A DNA stretch of 64,000 nt, taken from positions 64,001 through 128,000 of the forward strand of contig JAVLKG010000005.1 in NCBI GenBank assembly GCA_032128875.1. The letters are read 5' to 3'. The position numbers were made by a program, and so were the translations under genes. This DNA comes from Candidatus Melainabacteria bacterium 17Bon1m. GTDB lineage: Bacteria > Cyanobacteriota > Vampirovibrionia > Obscuribacterales > Obscuribacteraceae. Each line of letters starts with the position of its first letter. Position 1 is the first letter of the stretch. Below, in pieces: positions 49,068 to 59,454 of this stretch. The notes beneath the pieces were generated by a model, which saw only the letters and a list, made by a program, of their open reading frames with translations, did no database searches and was not told the DNA's origin.

Positions 49068-50543
49068 ATGAGAACCAGCCATGTGCAAAATCTACCTGTC
49101 GTCCTTTCTCGACAGTCACGCACCTGCCTGCCGCAACAAGTAGGCGAGGAGCTGAAGCGGCTCATTTTGGAAGGTTATTTCAAACCCGGCGCTATCATGC
49201 CATCGTCGAGGAGTCTGTGCGAAACATTGCAGGTTGGGCGCTCGACCATTATCGAAGCGTTCGAGCAACTAAAGTCTGAAGGCTACCTTGTTGCTGCAGC
49301 CGGCTCAGCCACTCGCGTCAGCGAAAATATTCCCCGAGAAATCCCTGAGGCGCCTCTGCCGGAAGTGCATCAGCTGCGTCTCAACTCTCTTTCCGATTAT
49401 GCCAATCGAGTGCAAAAAAATGCATTGCTGTACGACCGCAAAGAAGAGCCGGAAATTCCTTTCTATGGCTGGAGAATCGCTCGTGACGCGACTCCTCTGC
49501 GGGAATTCAAACAGTTGATGTCGCGGTTTTCTCAAGCGGCAGAGCAAGATATGCTCTTCGACTATCATGATGATCCGCTTGGATACAGACCTTTGCGAGA
49601 AGTTCTTTCCAAATACTTGGAGAAGACCAAAGGAATCAAAGCAGACCCGCAACAAATTTTGATCGTGACCGGCTTGCCGCAAGCGCTCAATCTTGTTTCG
49701 CGCATACACTTAGAACGCGGCGATCTTGCAGTTGTTGAAGAGCCTTGTTATCCGCCCGCCAGAAAGTGTTTCGAAAGTGAGGGCGCATCTACGGTCGCGC
49801 TCAAGGTGGATGGTGAGGGTTTGATGGTCGACCAGCTACTGCGCACGCCGTCGCTGCGAGTGAGGCTCGTATATTTGACGCCGACTCATCAGTATCCGAC
49901 CGGAAGCCGTCTTTCGCTTTCTCGGCGATTGAATCTCCTTTCATGGGCGGGAACGAGCGGTGCATTCATTGTCGAAGATGAGCATGACAGCGAATTTTCC
50001 TACGGGACGAATCCGATGCCGGCACTGAAAGCATTGGACAAACTCGACTCTGTTATATACATCGGCAATTTCGCAAAAGTGATGTTTCCTTCTCTTTCAG
50101 TGGCTTACATGGTGCTTCCGCGCGACTTGACCGGCGTCTATGCAAAAGTTCGCCAATATGGCAGCGATGCAGTTTCACTTCCCATTCAGTGTGCCCTTGC
50201 CGATTTCATTCAGCGCGGACTCCTGCGCAAGCATATAAGGAGAATGCAGGGCATCTATGAAAGTCGCCGCGACGCAATGGTTTCCAGCCTCAAAGAATTC
50301 TTCGGTGAGCGCGTCGAGATTGCCGGTGAACACGCCGGTTTGCATATGTACGTTAAATTCAAGACGCAATTGACTGATGCTGAAATTGTGAAATTGGCGC
50401 TTGCCAAAGGCGTTGGCATAACACCGATCGCCTCATTCTATGCAGGTCTTGCTCCGCAAGGGGAATTTGTCTTGGGATTTGGAGACCTTTCCACTTCCGT
50501 CATTCGCGAAGGAATTCGCCGCCTTGCAGAAGTGATTGTCTAG
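49068..50543 (+). CDS. MocR/GabR-family regulator (GntR HTH plus PLP aminotransferase-like domain)
   Basis: MPSSRSL..LQVGR.T..EGY, TPTHQYPTG, IVEDEHDSEF, GNFAK. Confidence 0.92.
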   Translation: MRTSHVQNLPVVLSRQSRTCLPQQVGEELKRLILEGYFKPGAIMPSSRSLCETLQVGRSTIIEAFEQLKSEGYLVAAAGSATRVSENIPREIPEAPLPEVHQLRLNSLSDYANRVQKNALLYDRKEEPEIPFYGWRIARDATPLREFKQLMSRFSQAAEQDMLFDYHDDPLGYRPLREVLSKYLEKTKGIKADPQQILIVTGLPQALNLVSRIHLERGDLAVVEEPCYPPARKCFESEGASTVALKVDGEGLMVDQLLRTPSLRVRLVYLTPTHQYPTGSRLSLSRRLNLLSWAGTSGAFIVEDEHDSEFSYGTNPMPALKALDKLDSVIYIGNFAKVMFPSLSVAYMVLPRDLTGVYAKVRQYGSDAVSLPIQCALADFIQRGLLRKHIRRMQGIYESRRDAMVSSLKEFFGERVEIAGEHAGLHMYVKFKTQLTDAEIVKLALAKGVGITPIASFYAGLAPQGEFVLGFGDLSTSVIREGIRRLAEVIV

Positions 50544-51057
50544 AAGAAGCACAAAACTCAGCAAGTACTGTCGATTGGACGGGCGGTTGCAACTCCTGCA
50601 TGCTAGGCTAAATGATGTGCTTCGGCAGCGCTCTTTTGCATCGGTGCTTCGTATGGTTATTCGTATAGATATTCGTATAGTTAGAAGAACGTTCGCTTTT
50701 TCTCTGTCTGCGCTTTTCCTCTTTTGCTTAAACCTCACGCCACTGGCTGTGTTTGCACAGGAGCAGAAGTCACTGCAGAATTCTCAAACCACGCAACCTA
50801 CACGCACAAAAATACCCGAAGCTCAAGTAAGCGAAGTTGAGATCAGAGAGCTGAAAGCAACTATTGCTGTGGACGTGCTCGCGTCTCGCTCTAAGGTTTT
50901 TAAGACGAAACAGAAAATCAATCGCGTTGCCGTAAGCGATCCGTCTGTTGCAGACGTCGTGCTCATGAGCGAAAACCAGTTTGTCGTCATAGGAAAAAAT
51001 CCCGGCGCAATCAACGTCACTATCTGGTGCGATAAAAAGACTGGCAATAACCAGTAA
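50536..51057 (+). CDS. Stand-alone pilus-formation (CpaC/RcpA secretin) N-terminal-domain protein
   Basis: INRVAVSDPSVADV..FVVIGKNPGAINVTIW; signal peptide; true start probably downstream. Confidence 0.65.
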   Translation: MSRRSTKLSKYCRLDGRLQLLHARLNDVLRQRSFASVLRMVIRIDIRIVRRTFAFSLSALFLFCLNLTPLAVFAQEQKSLQNSQTTQPTRTKIPEAQVSEVEIRELKATIAVDVLASRSKVFKTKQKINRVAVSDPSVADVVLMSENQFVVIGKNPGAINVTIWCDKKTGNNQ

Positions 51058-51206
51058 ATGGAGCGCGAAGGTCCGGAACCCGCACCAGCTCCCGCTTGTT
51101 AGGCAATACTAGAAGCGGTAGTAAGAGCGGGATTTAAAGGAAAGCGCTAGGAGAAGTTCAGTGCGTCGCCGCAACTGTCTTCCCCGTAGCGCCTCCTCTC
51201 ATGCCG

Positions 51207-51872
51207 TTAGGCTTTTGACTGCTTGTCGTACTTCAGGGAGACGGGGTCGAAGATGACCACATCTTTGGCAGCCAGCGTCTTGCCTGGAGCCCAGTTTGTG
51301 AAAGCTTCCGTGGTCACGCCCCAATTCCCGTGATGGAAACCGGTGACGTCATACGGACGCGACATGATGTAAGCCTTGCAGGTCATTGCGACCTCTTTGG
51401 CTTGACGATAGAGCTCTCTCAAATCGTCGCGGGTTGCGACCATCCCTGCCGGGACGTCGTCGCTGCCGCGCTCGATTCGGTGGATACGATAGCCCGACCA
51501 GAAGTCGAGCTTTTCCATTTGCAAGAGCGACACGTCGCCATCTGTGACGAGCAGCAAGTTGTCCGGGATTTTCACACCGAAGAACTTCTGCAGGCGAATC
51601 AGCGCCGTTGCCTGGTCGACCAGCATGCCAGGGTCGTCCAACTTGAAGACGAGAGTCTCGTCGTCGTTGAACCACACCCGGACGCGAGTGACGTCGTCGC
51701 GGTGATGATATTTCTTCGGCTCGTCATAGATTTGGCGCCAGCCATTCTGCATGAAAACGGAGGCGGAAATGCCGGGACGCTCTTCCTGCAAAAGCAGTCC
51801 GAACGCCAGGTCATCTTGCCTGCGGGCTTCAATGAGAGAACGGCGGTTCTCTCCGAGAATTACATCAGACAT
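51207..51872 (-). CDS. Hypothetical protein with protein-kinase-like motifs
   Basis: LVFK, LQMEKL, FHHGNWG, VIFDP; AGAGG RBS. Confidence 0.55.
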   Translation of the reverse strand: MSDVILGENRRSLIEARRQDDLAFGLLLQEERPGISASVFMQNGWRQIYDEPKKYHHRDDVTRVRVWFNDDETLVFKLDDPGMLVDQATALIRLQKFFGVKIPDNLLLVTDGDVSLLQMEKLDFWSGYRIHRIERGSDDVPAGMVATRDDLRELYRQAKEVAMTCKAYIMSRPYDVTGFHHGNWGVTTEAFTNWAPGKTLAAKDVVIFDPVSLKYDKQSKA

Positions 51873-51963
51873 ATAGACCTCTCTATTTTACGGAACGCAC
51901 GTGGTGCATCCCGTCAGCAAGCACCGGGGGTGGTGCCTGGGTAGTGGTAGCGTCGAGCCGCAA

Positions 51964-52470
51964 TTACTTCGGATCGACCATGGACACGGCGGCGTCGGTC
52001 AGTTGCCCGTCGTCACCGTCTGCCTGCGGCACCGAGGCCACGTTCGCCCGCTTGGCGGTGGCGAAGTGCGATTCGGCGCGAACGATCATCGCTTCTGCCT
52101 GCTCGGTCATCTCGTCGATGACGACAGGAAGATAGGCGACGGCCGCTTGCTGGTTGATGCCGAACTGCTTCATCACTGCCTTGGCGGTGGATTCGGCGAC
52201 AGCGGACAGGCGTTCGATCACCTGCTGCAGTTCGTTGCGCTTGGTCGGCAGCGGCATGGACAGCGTCTGGACGTTGAAGCCCATCGACTGGCATGCGGTG
52301 CTGAGGATTGACGCAGCCTGTTTGGCGAGCGCCATGGCCACGAGCGATTCGCCGGCCACGACATTGTTGGTGCTCTGTACCAGCTCCATTCCTTCGGCAA
52401 AAGGTTCCAGCCGGTCGGCCAGAGCCTTGAGCTTGAGGAAGCGCGGGTCGAGCTTCGGTTTCAGTGACAT
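51964..52470 (-). CDS. Hypothetical helical protein
   Basis: 168-aa ORF, GGGAG RBS, GC3-rich codons. Confidence 0.7.
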   Translation of the reverse strand: MSLKPKLDPRFLKLKALADRLEPFAEGMELVQSTNNVVAGESLVAMALAKQAASILSTACQSMGFNVQTLSMPLPTKRNELQQVIERLSAVAESTAKAVMKQFGINQQAAVAYLPVVIDEMTEQAEAMIVRAESHFATAKRANVASVPQADGDDGQLTDAAVSMVDPK

Positions 52471-52546
52471 GGTTATACTCCCAAATTCCGGAGCGCTCTA
52501 AAGCGCTCCTAGTTGTGGCGCCGAACGCTGAATGCGCCCGGCGGTA

Positions 52547-52864
52547 TTACTTCTTGAACAACACCGCGTGCCCGCCCCGCTTCAGCGAGACGTAGCCGAC
52601 CGTAGCGAAGACGACGGCGATAACAGCCGAAGTGATGATGCGGATTTCGTCGGCGGGCGTCAGCCCTGCGAAGGGACCGATCATGCAGATGAACGACGCG
52701 CAGCCGATGAAGTAGGCGGCCGGCGGAGCGTAGATGTGCATGCGGGGAACGTCGCTGAGAGCCTGCGGGATGGACATCATCGTGGCCCACATGCCTGCCG
52801 TGGCCAGACCGAACGTGGCGATGACGATGATGAGAAGGGCGATGTTGAGATCGAAGAGCGACAT
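52547..52864 (-). CDS. Small three-TM membrane protein
   Basis: Hydrophobic segments; AGGAG RBS. Confidence 0.7.
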   Translation of the reverse strand: MSLFDLNIALLIIVIATFGLATAGMWATMMSIPQALSDVPRMHIYAPPAAYFIGCASFICMIGPFAGLTPADEIRIITSAVIAVVFATVGYVSLKRGGHAVLFKK

Positions 52865-53013
52865 GGTCGGCTCCTAAAGGTTGGAGGCATTTGGAACGCA
52901 TTCCCTGCGTCTGCCGTAAGCCCCCGGGTTGCGGGTGGAGCGCACTACATGTGGTGCGTAGTGCGCTCCGTCGAGCAAGGCGTATCGCCGTCAGATGGTG
53001 AGAGAACCTGGCT

Positions 53014-54057
53014 TTACGCCTGGCTCACCACCTTGCGGGTCTTGCGATTGAAGCGGATTCCCGTTTTCGGCTCGGGAATGTCGGCAGCCGTTGCGCTTCC
53101 CGTCGCCAGGCGAATCGCCCAGTAAGGAAGCAGGACACCGGTGAAGATGCCCCAGTGGATGCCGCCCGCCATGCGCGCATTGATTTCCAGCAGATAGCGC
53201 GTGCCGTCGTCGGCCTCGAGGAACTGCACGTTGTAGAGTCCGGTCAGACCGAGCAAGCCGGTGAGCGCTTCGGATTGCGCGACCAGGTCCGGGCAATCAT
53301 CGAGGAGTTCCTCGATGCCGCCCGGATACTTGACGCGCGTCACAGCCTTGACGAGCACGCCATCTTCGGCCAGACAGTCGACACTGTATTCTGGTCCGTT
53401 GAGATAGGGCATGACCATCATCTCGGGAAGGGGCGAACCTTCAGCGATGAGGTAGGCTTCCGTATCCGGCATGGTGAGCGGCTTGAAGTCGCCGTTGTGT
53501 GCATGCGGGTACTGGTCGCCGAGATCCGATACGATGCGGAATCCGTGACCGCCCAAGCCTTTGACGGGCTTGAAGCAGAGCGTCTGGAAGCGCTCGCGGT
53601 AGGTGCGAAGCGCCGCCATCACTGCCTCGATATCTGCAGCAAGCGTGTAGGGCGGAATCTCGATTCCCAGACCCCCTGCTTCCCGTACGACATCGTACAG
53701 CTCGGACTTGCTTTTCAGCAGGCTGATGGTGGCAGCATCGCCGGCGACGAGCACCTTGCAGCCCAGGGCGGCAAAGCGATCTTGCGCGGCAGACAGCGCG
53801 ATTGTGTAGCTGTGCGGGATGAGCACATCCACCTTTTCGCGAGCTGCAAATGCCAGAGCCCATTCCACATAAGCAGCTGCGTTTCCGGTCGGCTCGATTT
53901 CGAACGAGTCGGCGACCTGGGCAACAGCCGCGTCGGCGTTGACATGCGTACAGACGATGCGCATCTCTTCGCCATCGGCGAGGGATTGTCGAATCCCATT
54001 GATCAGGTGGACGGTCTGCGACAGTCCACGGTTAAACCAGACAGTTACCTTTTTCAT
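53014..54057 (-). CDS. Ter-cluster ATP-grasp enzyme
   Basis: VWFN N-terminus, CFKPV.G.GG.GF, PYLNGPEYSVDCL, YNVQF, LLEINARMAGG. Confidence 0.88.
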   Translation of the reverse strand: MKKVTVWFNRGLSQTVHLINGIRQSLADGEEMRIVCTHVNADAAVAQVADSFEIEPTGNAAAYVEWALAFAAREKVDVLIPHSYTIALSAAQDRFAALGCKVLVAGDAATISLLKSKSELYDVVREAGGLGIEIPPYTLAADIEAVMAALRTYRERFQTLCFKPVKGLGGHGFRIVSDLGDQYPHAHNGDFKPLTMPDTEAYLIAEGSPLPEMMVMPYLNGPEYSVDCLAEDGVLVKAVTRVKYPGGIEELLDDCPDLVAQSEALTGLLGLTGLYNVQFLEADDGTRYLLEINARMAGGIHWGIFTGVLLPYWAIRLATGSATAADIPEPKTGIRFNRKTRKVVSQA

Positions 54058-54250
54058 TGTTGATCCTTACCTACGGTATGCAGCGAACTACCCGGGAGGT
54101 GTTCGCCTGCGGCGTCGCTATAGGCGTCACGAGGTCGCATATGCGTGGCGGAAGCGGGCTGGTTGCCGAACGCAGGTCTATTCGCGTTCGCCCAAAAACA
54201 ACCAACCCGCTTTAGATTCAGGGCACAGGCGCCCTGCACAGACAGCTGTC

Positions 54251-55162
54251 TTACTGCCCTTCGCGCACGCCGTACAGCTCGGCGCGCTCGATGATCGCCC
54301 GTGCCCACTTGGTGTGGGTGGTGGGCTCGCACATGCGGCCGTTCATCTTGAAGACGGCGGCGGCATCGGGCATGAGGATGCGGCGTGCTTCCTCGAGGTC
54401 GTTGGCGTCCACGCGGAAGCCGGCTTCGATGAGCCGGATCTGGTCCGGATGGATGGCGGTCTTGCCGAACAGACCCTGCAGGAGGTCGAGCTCGACTTCC
54501 TGCGCCAGCACCTCCGGATTGTTGATGCATTCGCAGACGGGCGCGGTCAGACCGAACCCGAACGGAATGAACTCACCGGACAGACGCTTGATCACCTCGC
54601 CGACCGGAGTGTCGTAGATGGTGCGGCGCGGGTCGCGGCGGACGCCGACGCAGTGCAGCAGGTCGTTGCCGCCGATGCGCAGCGCCAGGATGCGGTCCTT
54701 GGCGATGTCGTCGTTCTGCAGCAGCTCACGCAGCTTGCCCATCTCCTTGGCGTTGAAGACTTCCTTGGTCTCCAGCGTGGGCATCAGCTTGAAGGGGTCC
54801 TTCTCGGTGAGCATGGCCAGATACCGGGGCATCGAGCTGGCCGTGATCTTGGGCAGCACGAAACCGTCGACGCGCTGGATGCCGCGCATGCGCACGCACT
54901 TGCCGAGCACCTCGGGGTTGCGCACACGGATGAAGCGCATCGGATGGTTCGGACCATCCTCGAAGTGCTTGAGCGCCTTGTGGATGTTGCCGATGGCGTA
55001 TTCCAGCTCGTCGATGCGCACGGCGTCTTCCAGGCAGAAGATGACGGAGCGCAAGAAGGAATACTTCTGCCCGTTGGCGATGGCGACGATGTTTTCGACC
55101 GGCTGGGTGCAGGGCACGTACATGCTGGCGCCCAGGTGAATCTGCGAGCGGTTCTGAGTCAT
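54251..55162 (-). CDS. Ter-cluster HpcH/HpaI aldolase/citrate-lyase-family protein
   Basis: LGASMYVP, FCLEDAV, GFVLPK, MPTLET, RIGGNDL, GLFGKTAIHP. Confidence 0.9.
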   Translation of the reverse strand: MTQNRSQIHLGASMYVPCTQPVENIVAIANGQKYSFLRSVIFCLEDAVRIDELEYAIGNIHKALKHFEDGPNHPMRFIRVRNPEVLGKCVRMRGIQRVDGFVLPKITASSMPRYLAMLTEKDPFKLMPTLETKEVFNAKEMGKLRELLQNDDIAKDRILALRIGGNDLLHCVGVRRDPRRTIYDTPVGEVIKRLSGEFIPFGFGLTAPVCECINNPEVLAQEVELDLLQGLFGKTAIHPDQIRLIEAGFRVDANDLEEARRILMPDAAAVFKMNGRMCEPTTHTKWARAIIERAELYGVREGQ

Positions 55163-55267
55163 TTGTGCGTTTCCTTTATAGCTAAGGTTGAGAGCACTTT
55201 CGTGCGATCCAGTTACGAGAGAAGAGCGGTAGTCGGCGATTCGTTGTGATTCGCTCACGACGCCCTC

Positions 55268-56347
55268 CTACTCGCCGACGGATTTGATGATCACGGCAGC
55301 TCGGTACGGCATGTCCGAGATGCGCTCGACGTGGACGTCCTTCTCATCGGCCAGGCGCAGCAGATGCTGCACGTCTTCGGCGGTGTTGTCCGCGACCAGA
55401 AGCCGGTCGGGAACGCGACGCAGCATCGCGCGAGTGGACTCGCCGATACCCGGTTTGACGTGGTTGCGCTCGGCGTCGTAGCGCGCCATCATGGCGGCGA
55501 CGAAGTCGGTCGAGACCTGGTTGAGACTGCGCCGCTTGCCGTCCGTCCACTTCGTCTGCTTGGCGAAGCTGAGAGCGGTGATGACATGCGGCGTCATCTC
55601 GTCGACGTAGAAGCGAGACAGGTCTTCTCCCTGCTTCTCGCCGTAGAACGCGCAGGCGTGGAAGTCACCCGGCTGGACGTAGAGGTCGCTCAGCACCGTG
55701 CGGCTGACCAGACCCGAAACAGTAGCGTTCAGCACCGCATTCGGTATCAGGTAGTCTTCCGCGGTGGCGGCGACGGTTGCCGAGCCGGCCAGGTCGGCGA
55801 GGACCCAGAGCGAAGGGTCGACGCGCTTGCCGCGGCTCTCGTTGTATGCCGTGACCGAGCGCAAGAGCTCAGCCGTGATCACACCTTTGCCGGTCCAACC
55901 GTCCACAAAGACGATGTCCGTGTCCTTGTGGTGTGCGCAGATGTAGTCGAGCGCCTCCCAGTCGATGCCGCGGTCGCGGATGATGGAGACGCAGTAGTGC
56001 TTGGACTGGCGTCCGAGCACATGAAGGGCGCGATGGATGAGCACGCCGACCGGAGTACCGGCCCGGGCGAGGCTCACTACCACCACTTCACGACCCGGTC
56101 TGACTGCCATCGTGGCGGCGAGGTCCGCGATGTGCTGTCCCATCTTCTGAGAGTTCATCGCGAGCGCCCGGTGGAAGAGGCGGAGGTAGTCAGCGGTGGG
56201 GGACTTTTCGTCGGAGAGCATCTCCGAGTAGTGGGTCCCCGCCTGGATCAGGCGCTCCTTTTCGGCGACGTCGGTAGTGGCGATGTCGACCACCTTGAGC
56301 AGGAAGGTGACGTCGCCCGGCTCGTAGCTGCCAGAAAATCTCATCAT
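55268..56347 (-). CDS. Ter-cluster StiP-family (cysteine-protease-like/PELOTA) protein
   Basis: FSGSY..DVTFLL, HYSEMLS, VSLARAGTP, SIIRDRGID, FVDGWTGKG, VKPGIGE.TR..LRRVP. Confidence 0.88.
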   Translation of the reverse strand: MMRFSGSYEPGDVTFLLKVVDIATTDVAEKERLIQAGTHYSEMLSDEKSPTADYLRLFHRALAMNSQKMGQHIADLAATMAVRPGREVVVVSLARAGTPVGVLIHRALHVLGRQSKHYCVSIIRDRGIDWEALDYICAHHKDTDIVFVDGWTGKGVITAELLRSVTAYNESRGKRVDPSLWVLADLAGSATVAATAEDYLIPNAVLNATVSGLVSRTVLSDLYVQPGDFHACAFYGEKQGEDLSRFYVDEMTPHVITALSFAKQTKWTDGKRRSLNQVSTDFVAAMMARYDAERNHVKPGIGESTRAMLRRVPDRLLVADNTAEDVQHLLRLADEKDVHVERISDMPYRAAVIIKSVGE

Positions 56348-57114
56348 TTGTTTCCTCCAGAGTTTCCACGGATCATGTCGATGAACGCTCGCGAGTTCTG
56401 CGTGCGGTTCGGCATGAAGATGTAGTCGCACTCAGCCATGAAAGGCGCATCGGTGAGGCTGTCGCCCATGCCGATGGTGACCGCGCCCTTCGGTACGATG
56501 TTGTCGATGAACCAGCGGGCCGCCTTCTCCTTGCCGATGTGCGGCGGATAGACAGCCAGGAAGTTGCCGTTCAGATGCACGGTGTAGTCGGCAGGGACAG
56601 CGCCCAGGACGACCTTGTGCAGGACGGCGAGCTCTTCCAGATTGCGCTGGTTGTGCTTCACCGAGAGGAACATGTCGATGCCGTAGTCTGAGAGCACATT
56701 CGCACGCACGTCGATGCCGGCAGCTTTCGCTTCGGTCTGAACGAGCGTGAGCAAGCCGGCGAGAACCGGCTTGGCCGCTGCAGCAGGTGCCTCGACGAAG
56801 TTGCGCCACTTGACCAGCGGCTGCCCGTTGGCACCAAGGACGGTGCCACCGAAAGCGGTGATGGCGTAGCGCCGGAACGGCAGGCGGAAACGCCGCATGG
56901 CATCAGTCGAGCGAGCCGTGGTCGGAACCACCTCGCAGCCGGCCTGGAACCAGTCGAGCATCACCTTCTGCTTGGGTGTGAGGAAACCGCACACCTCGCC
57001 CTTGTTGTCCCAGGCGATCGGCTTGGCACCGGGGACGTCGGTTTTGCGGCCGGTGGCGATGAGATTGTCATCGACATCAGCCAGCAGAAAGATTTGACGA
57101 TTGGACTTTTTCAT
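56344..57114 (-). CDS. HAD-superfamily hydrolase
   Basis: DVDDNL, PTTARS, K, GMGDSLTD; ATGA overlaps on both sides. Confidence 0.88.
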   Translation of the reverse strand: MKKSNRQIFLLADVDDNLIATGRKTDVPGAKPIAWDNKGEVCGFLTPKQKVMLDWFQAGCEVVPTTARSTDAMRRFRLPFRRYAITAFGGTVLGANGQPLVKWRNFVEAPAAAAKPVLAGLLTLVQTEAKAAGIDVRANVLSDYGIDMFLSVKHNQRNLEELAVLHKVVLGAVPADYTVHLNGNFLAVYPPHIGKEKAARWFIDNIVPKGAVTIGMGDSLTDAPFMAECDYIFMPNRTQNSRAFIDMIRGNSGGNK

Positions 57115-58388
57115 AGATACATCTCCACAGTCTCGGCGCCGAGCTCACGCACGAGCGCACCGTCCACGGAGCCTTGCGGCGTTTCGTGGCAGATGAGCAC
57201 CCGGTCGTAATCCGTGCGGCGCGCGTTGTAGATGAAATTCACAATCCCGTCGCCGTAGTTGTCCGTGTGTTCGACACGGCAGCCGATGGCGAGTTCGGGA
57301 TTGACCAGAATCGGCGAGCGAGTCGTCGACTGATAGAAGACGTTGAAGCCGGAACGCTCCAGCGCCTCCGCAAGGAGGAAGGGCGGGTAGGCGAATTCGC
57401 CCGTGCCCAGAACGAGGAACTTCTCGCCGTGCTGCCCGTGCGCGCAGATGTTGGCGGGCGGGCAGGCGACCGACGCGACGGCGTCTGCGATGCAGCGCAT
57501 GGCCGCTTCGTCGACGTTGTAGAAGTCCGCCGGCAGTCCGAGCCTGCCGAAATTGCTGGGCAGCATCTCGTCGCGAGCCGCGTTGGAGCCAGTCACCTTC
57601 GGCATCTCGACGAGCTTGAGCGTCGGCGACGGGGTGAACTGGTACTCGCCATGCAGGATGGCGATGGTGGACGCCGGAACAGGCATCGCCGCCAGCGTGT
57701 CTTCTGTGCGCTTGGGACCACGCCAATCGGTGATCACGCCGGTGACGACGTGCTGCACCTTGGGCATGATTGAGGTCATGTTCTTGACGAGATTGACGAA
57801 GGTCTTGCCGGTCGACGCCTCGTCGTCGATCAGCACCAGCGACTGCGCGCCGTAGAACATCGCCTTGAGAGCGGCGTCTTCGGGCTCGTAGATGATGTGG
57901 TCGGCGGCGTGCGAATGCTCTTCGAGGAACTCGATGGCCACCGGCTTGTCGAGCCTGTAGCGCGTCGACTGGGTGAACATCACGTCCTTGCGACCGGTGA
58001 GCCGGACATATTCGTCGAAGACCCCGTTGCCTAGGCAGATGGCGGTTTCGGCCATGCCGATGACGACGACGGGTCCGGGCAGGTCAGCCGGGATTTGCGC
58101 CGCCAGCTTCGTGTGCACTTCGCGCACCTTGGACGGGCGCACGGGAATGTGCTTGCCCAGGACCTTGGAGACGAAGAGGAAGCCGCGCTTCGGGTTCTGC
58201 CGTGCGGCGAAACCGCAGATGTCGGCAAGCGGCATCTCGGTGCGGAACACCTTGATGTCGAGGCGGCCGGTGGGCAGCTCGACACTGTGCGATTCCTTGG
58301 CCACGGGGGCGGCAGAATCGATGACCAACCGACCGGAGCCCATCGACGTGTGACGTCCGGTATCCGTAACATGAGTTGCGTTGAACAT
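57111..58388 (-). CDS. Phosphoribosyltransferase-like plus TRSP-domain protein
   Basis: RQNPKRGFLFVSKVLGKH, GMAETA, EEHSHA, LIDDEASTGKT, LGTGEF, STTRSP. Confidence 0.9.
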   Translation of the reverse strand: MFNATHVTDTGRHTSMGSGRLVIDSAAPVAKESHSVELPTGRLDIKVFRTEMPLADICGFAARQNPKRGFLFVSKVLGKHIPVRPSKVREVHTKLAAQIPADLPGPVVVIGMAETAICLGNGVFDEYVRLTGRKDVMFTQSTRYRLDKPVAIEFLEEHSHAADHIIYEPEDAALKAMFYGAQSLVLIDDEASTGKTFVNLVKNMTSIMPKVQHVVTGVITDWRGPKRTEDTLAAMPVPASTIAILHGEYQFTPSPTLKLVEMPKVTGSNAARDEMLPSNFGRLGLPADFYNVDEAAMRCIADAVASVACPPANICAHGQHGEKFLVLGTGEFAYPPFLLAEALERSGFNVFYQSTTRSPILVNPELAIGCRVEHTDNYGDGIVNFIYNARRTDYDRVLICHETPQGSVDGALVRELGAETVEMYL

Positions 58389-58686
58389 TTTGGGTTCTCC
58401 TTTTAGACATGCGGAACACTGGTGTGTGTCCCCATGCGCTTTCGCGCTGGGTTTGCGCAAAAGCGCATTGCACGGACAGCCGGCAGGAGAGATTCAAGTT
58501 CTGCTCAATGCAAGAACCAGAGCCTCTCCATGCCGGCATGACCGCAGGATTGAACTTCACGGACGTCTCAGAGTAAGACGCCGCGGTGACGAGTTTGTCT
58601 TTCAACTACACGTCGCTTACAGCGGCGCTTGTCGGGCGACTCTAAGGGCGATTTCGATCACGAACCGGCAGTTGCCGATTCTGCAT

Positions 58687-59004
58687 TCAGCGTGTGGAGT
58701 TGGCGAGACGCCGCTGGCGGCGCGCCTTGAACCACTGATCGGTCTGGCGCTCGCGCCGGCGCAGCTCGGGCTCCAGCCAGCCGACGTAGGGCAGCAGCAC
58801 CTTCCAGGCGAAGAGGAAGATGGGGATGATCATGCACGCCGTGGCGGTGATGATCATGATCCAGGGGTTGATGCCCGCGGCCTTCATGGCTTCGCCGACC
58901 GGCTTGGCCAGCCCGAAGATGCCGAACAGTTCGACAGCCGCGATGCTGACCATGAGGATGAAACCGTGCATCAGGCCGAAGCCGATGTTCTTCAGAACTT
59001 GCAT
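58687..59004 (-). CDS. Small two-TM membrane protein
   Basis: Two hydrophobic helices and a basic C-terminus. Confidence 0.7.
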   Translation of the reverse strand: MQVLKNIGFGLMHGFILMVSIAAVELFGIFGLAKPVGEAMKAAGINPWIMIITATACMIIPIFLFAWKVLLPYVGWLEPELRRRERQTDQWFKARRQRRLANSTR

Positions 59005-59379
59005 GATGTGTCTCTTTCGAGTTTGTGTTCAGTCCTGGTGTGTGTTGTCGTTCAGGCAGAGCGCTTGCAACTGTAGAAGTTTCTTCTTCTCTCTGGCTGA
59101 AAAACTACACGCGATCTTTGCTGCAGTCGGAGCATGCTGAACATTCCGACTGCACTAAAGATGGCGCGTAACTAAATGGGTTTCTGTCATGAGCCTTCCT
59201 TGACATCGCGCGGCAAAAAAATATTCTCGGGCGACAGTAAAAACGCCTAGATCGCGCGCGTTGCAACACGCGAAAAAAAATTCGCGCATGCGCGTAAAAC
59301 AAAGCTCTGGCGACGCCCTTCAGGGCGTCACCAGGCTTTGCGAAGTTGCGCTACCTGCCGAATAGCAGGCTGGCTTTTT

Positions 59380-59454
59380 CTATCGGCGACGGCCGAACAG
59401 CAGCCAGAGTACGAGAATCAGGAGCAGGAAGCCTGCGGCGCTGATCTTTTGCAT
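59380..59454 (-). CDS. 24-aa single-TM small protein MQKISAAGFLLLILVLWLLFGRRR (not in ORF track)
   Basis: GGAGGAG RBS 8 nt upstream, GC3-rich codons, hydrophobic core and basic tail. Confidence 0.6.
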   Translation of the reverse strand: MQKISAAGFLLLILVLWLLFGRRR

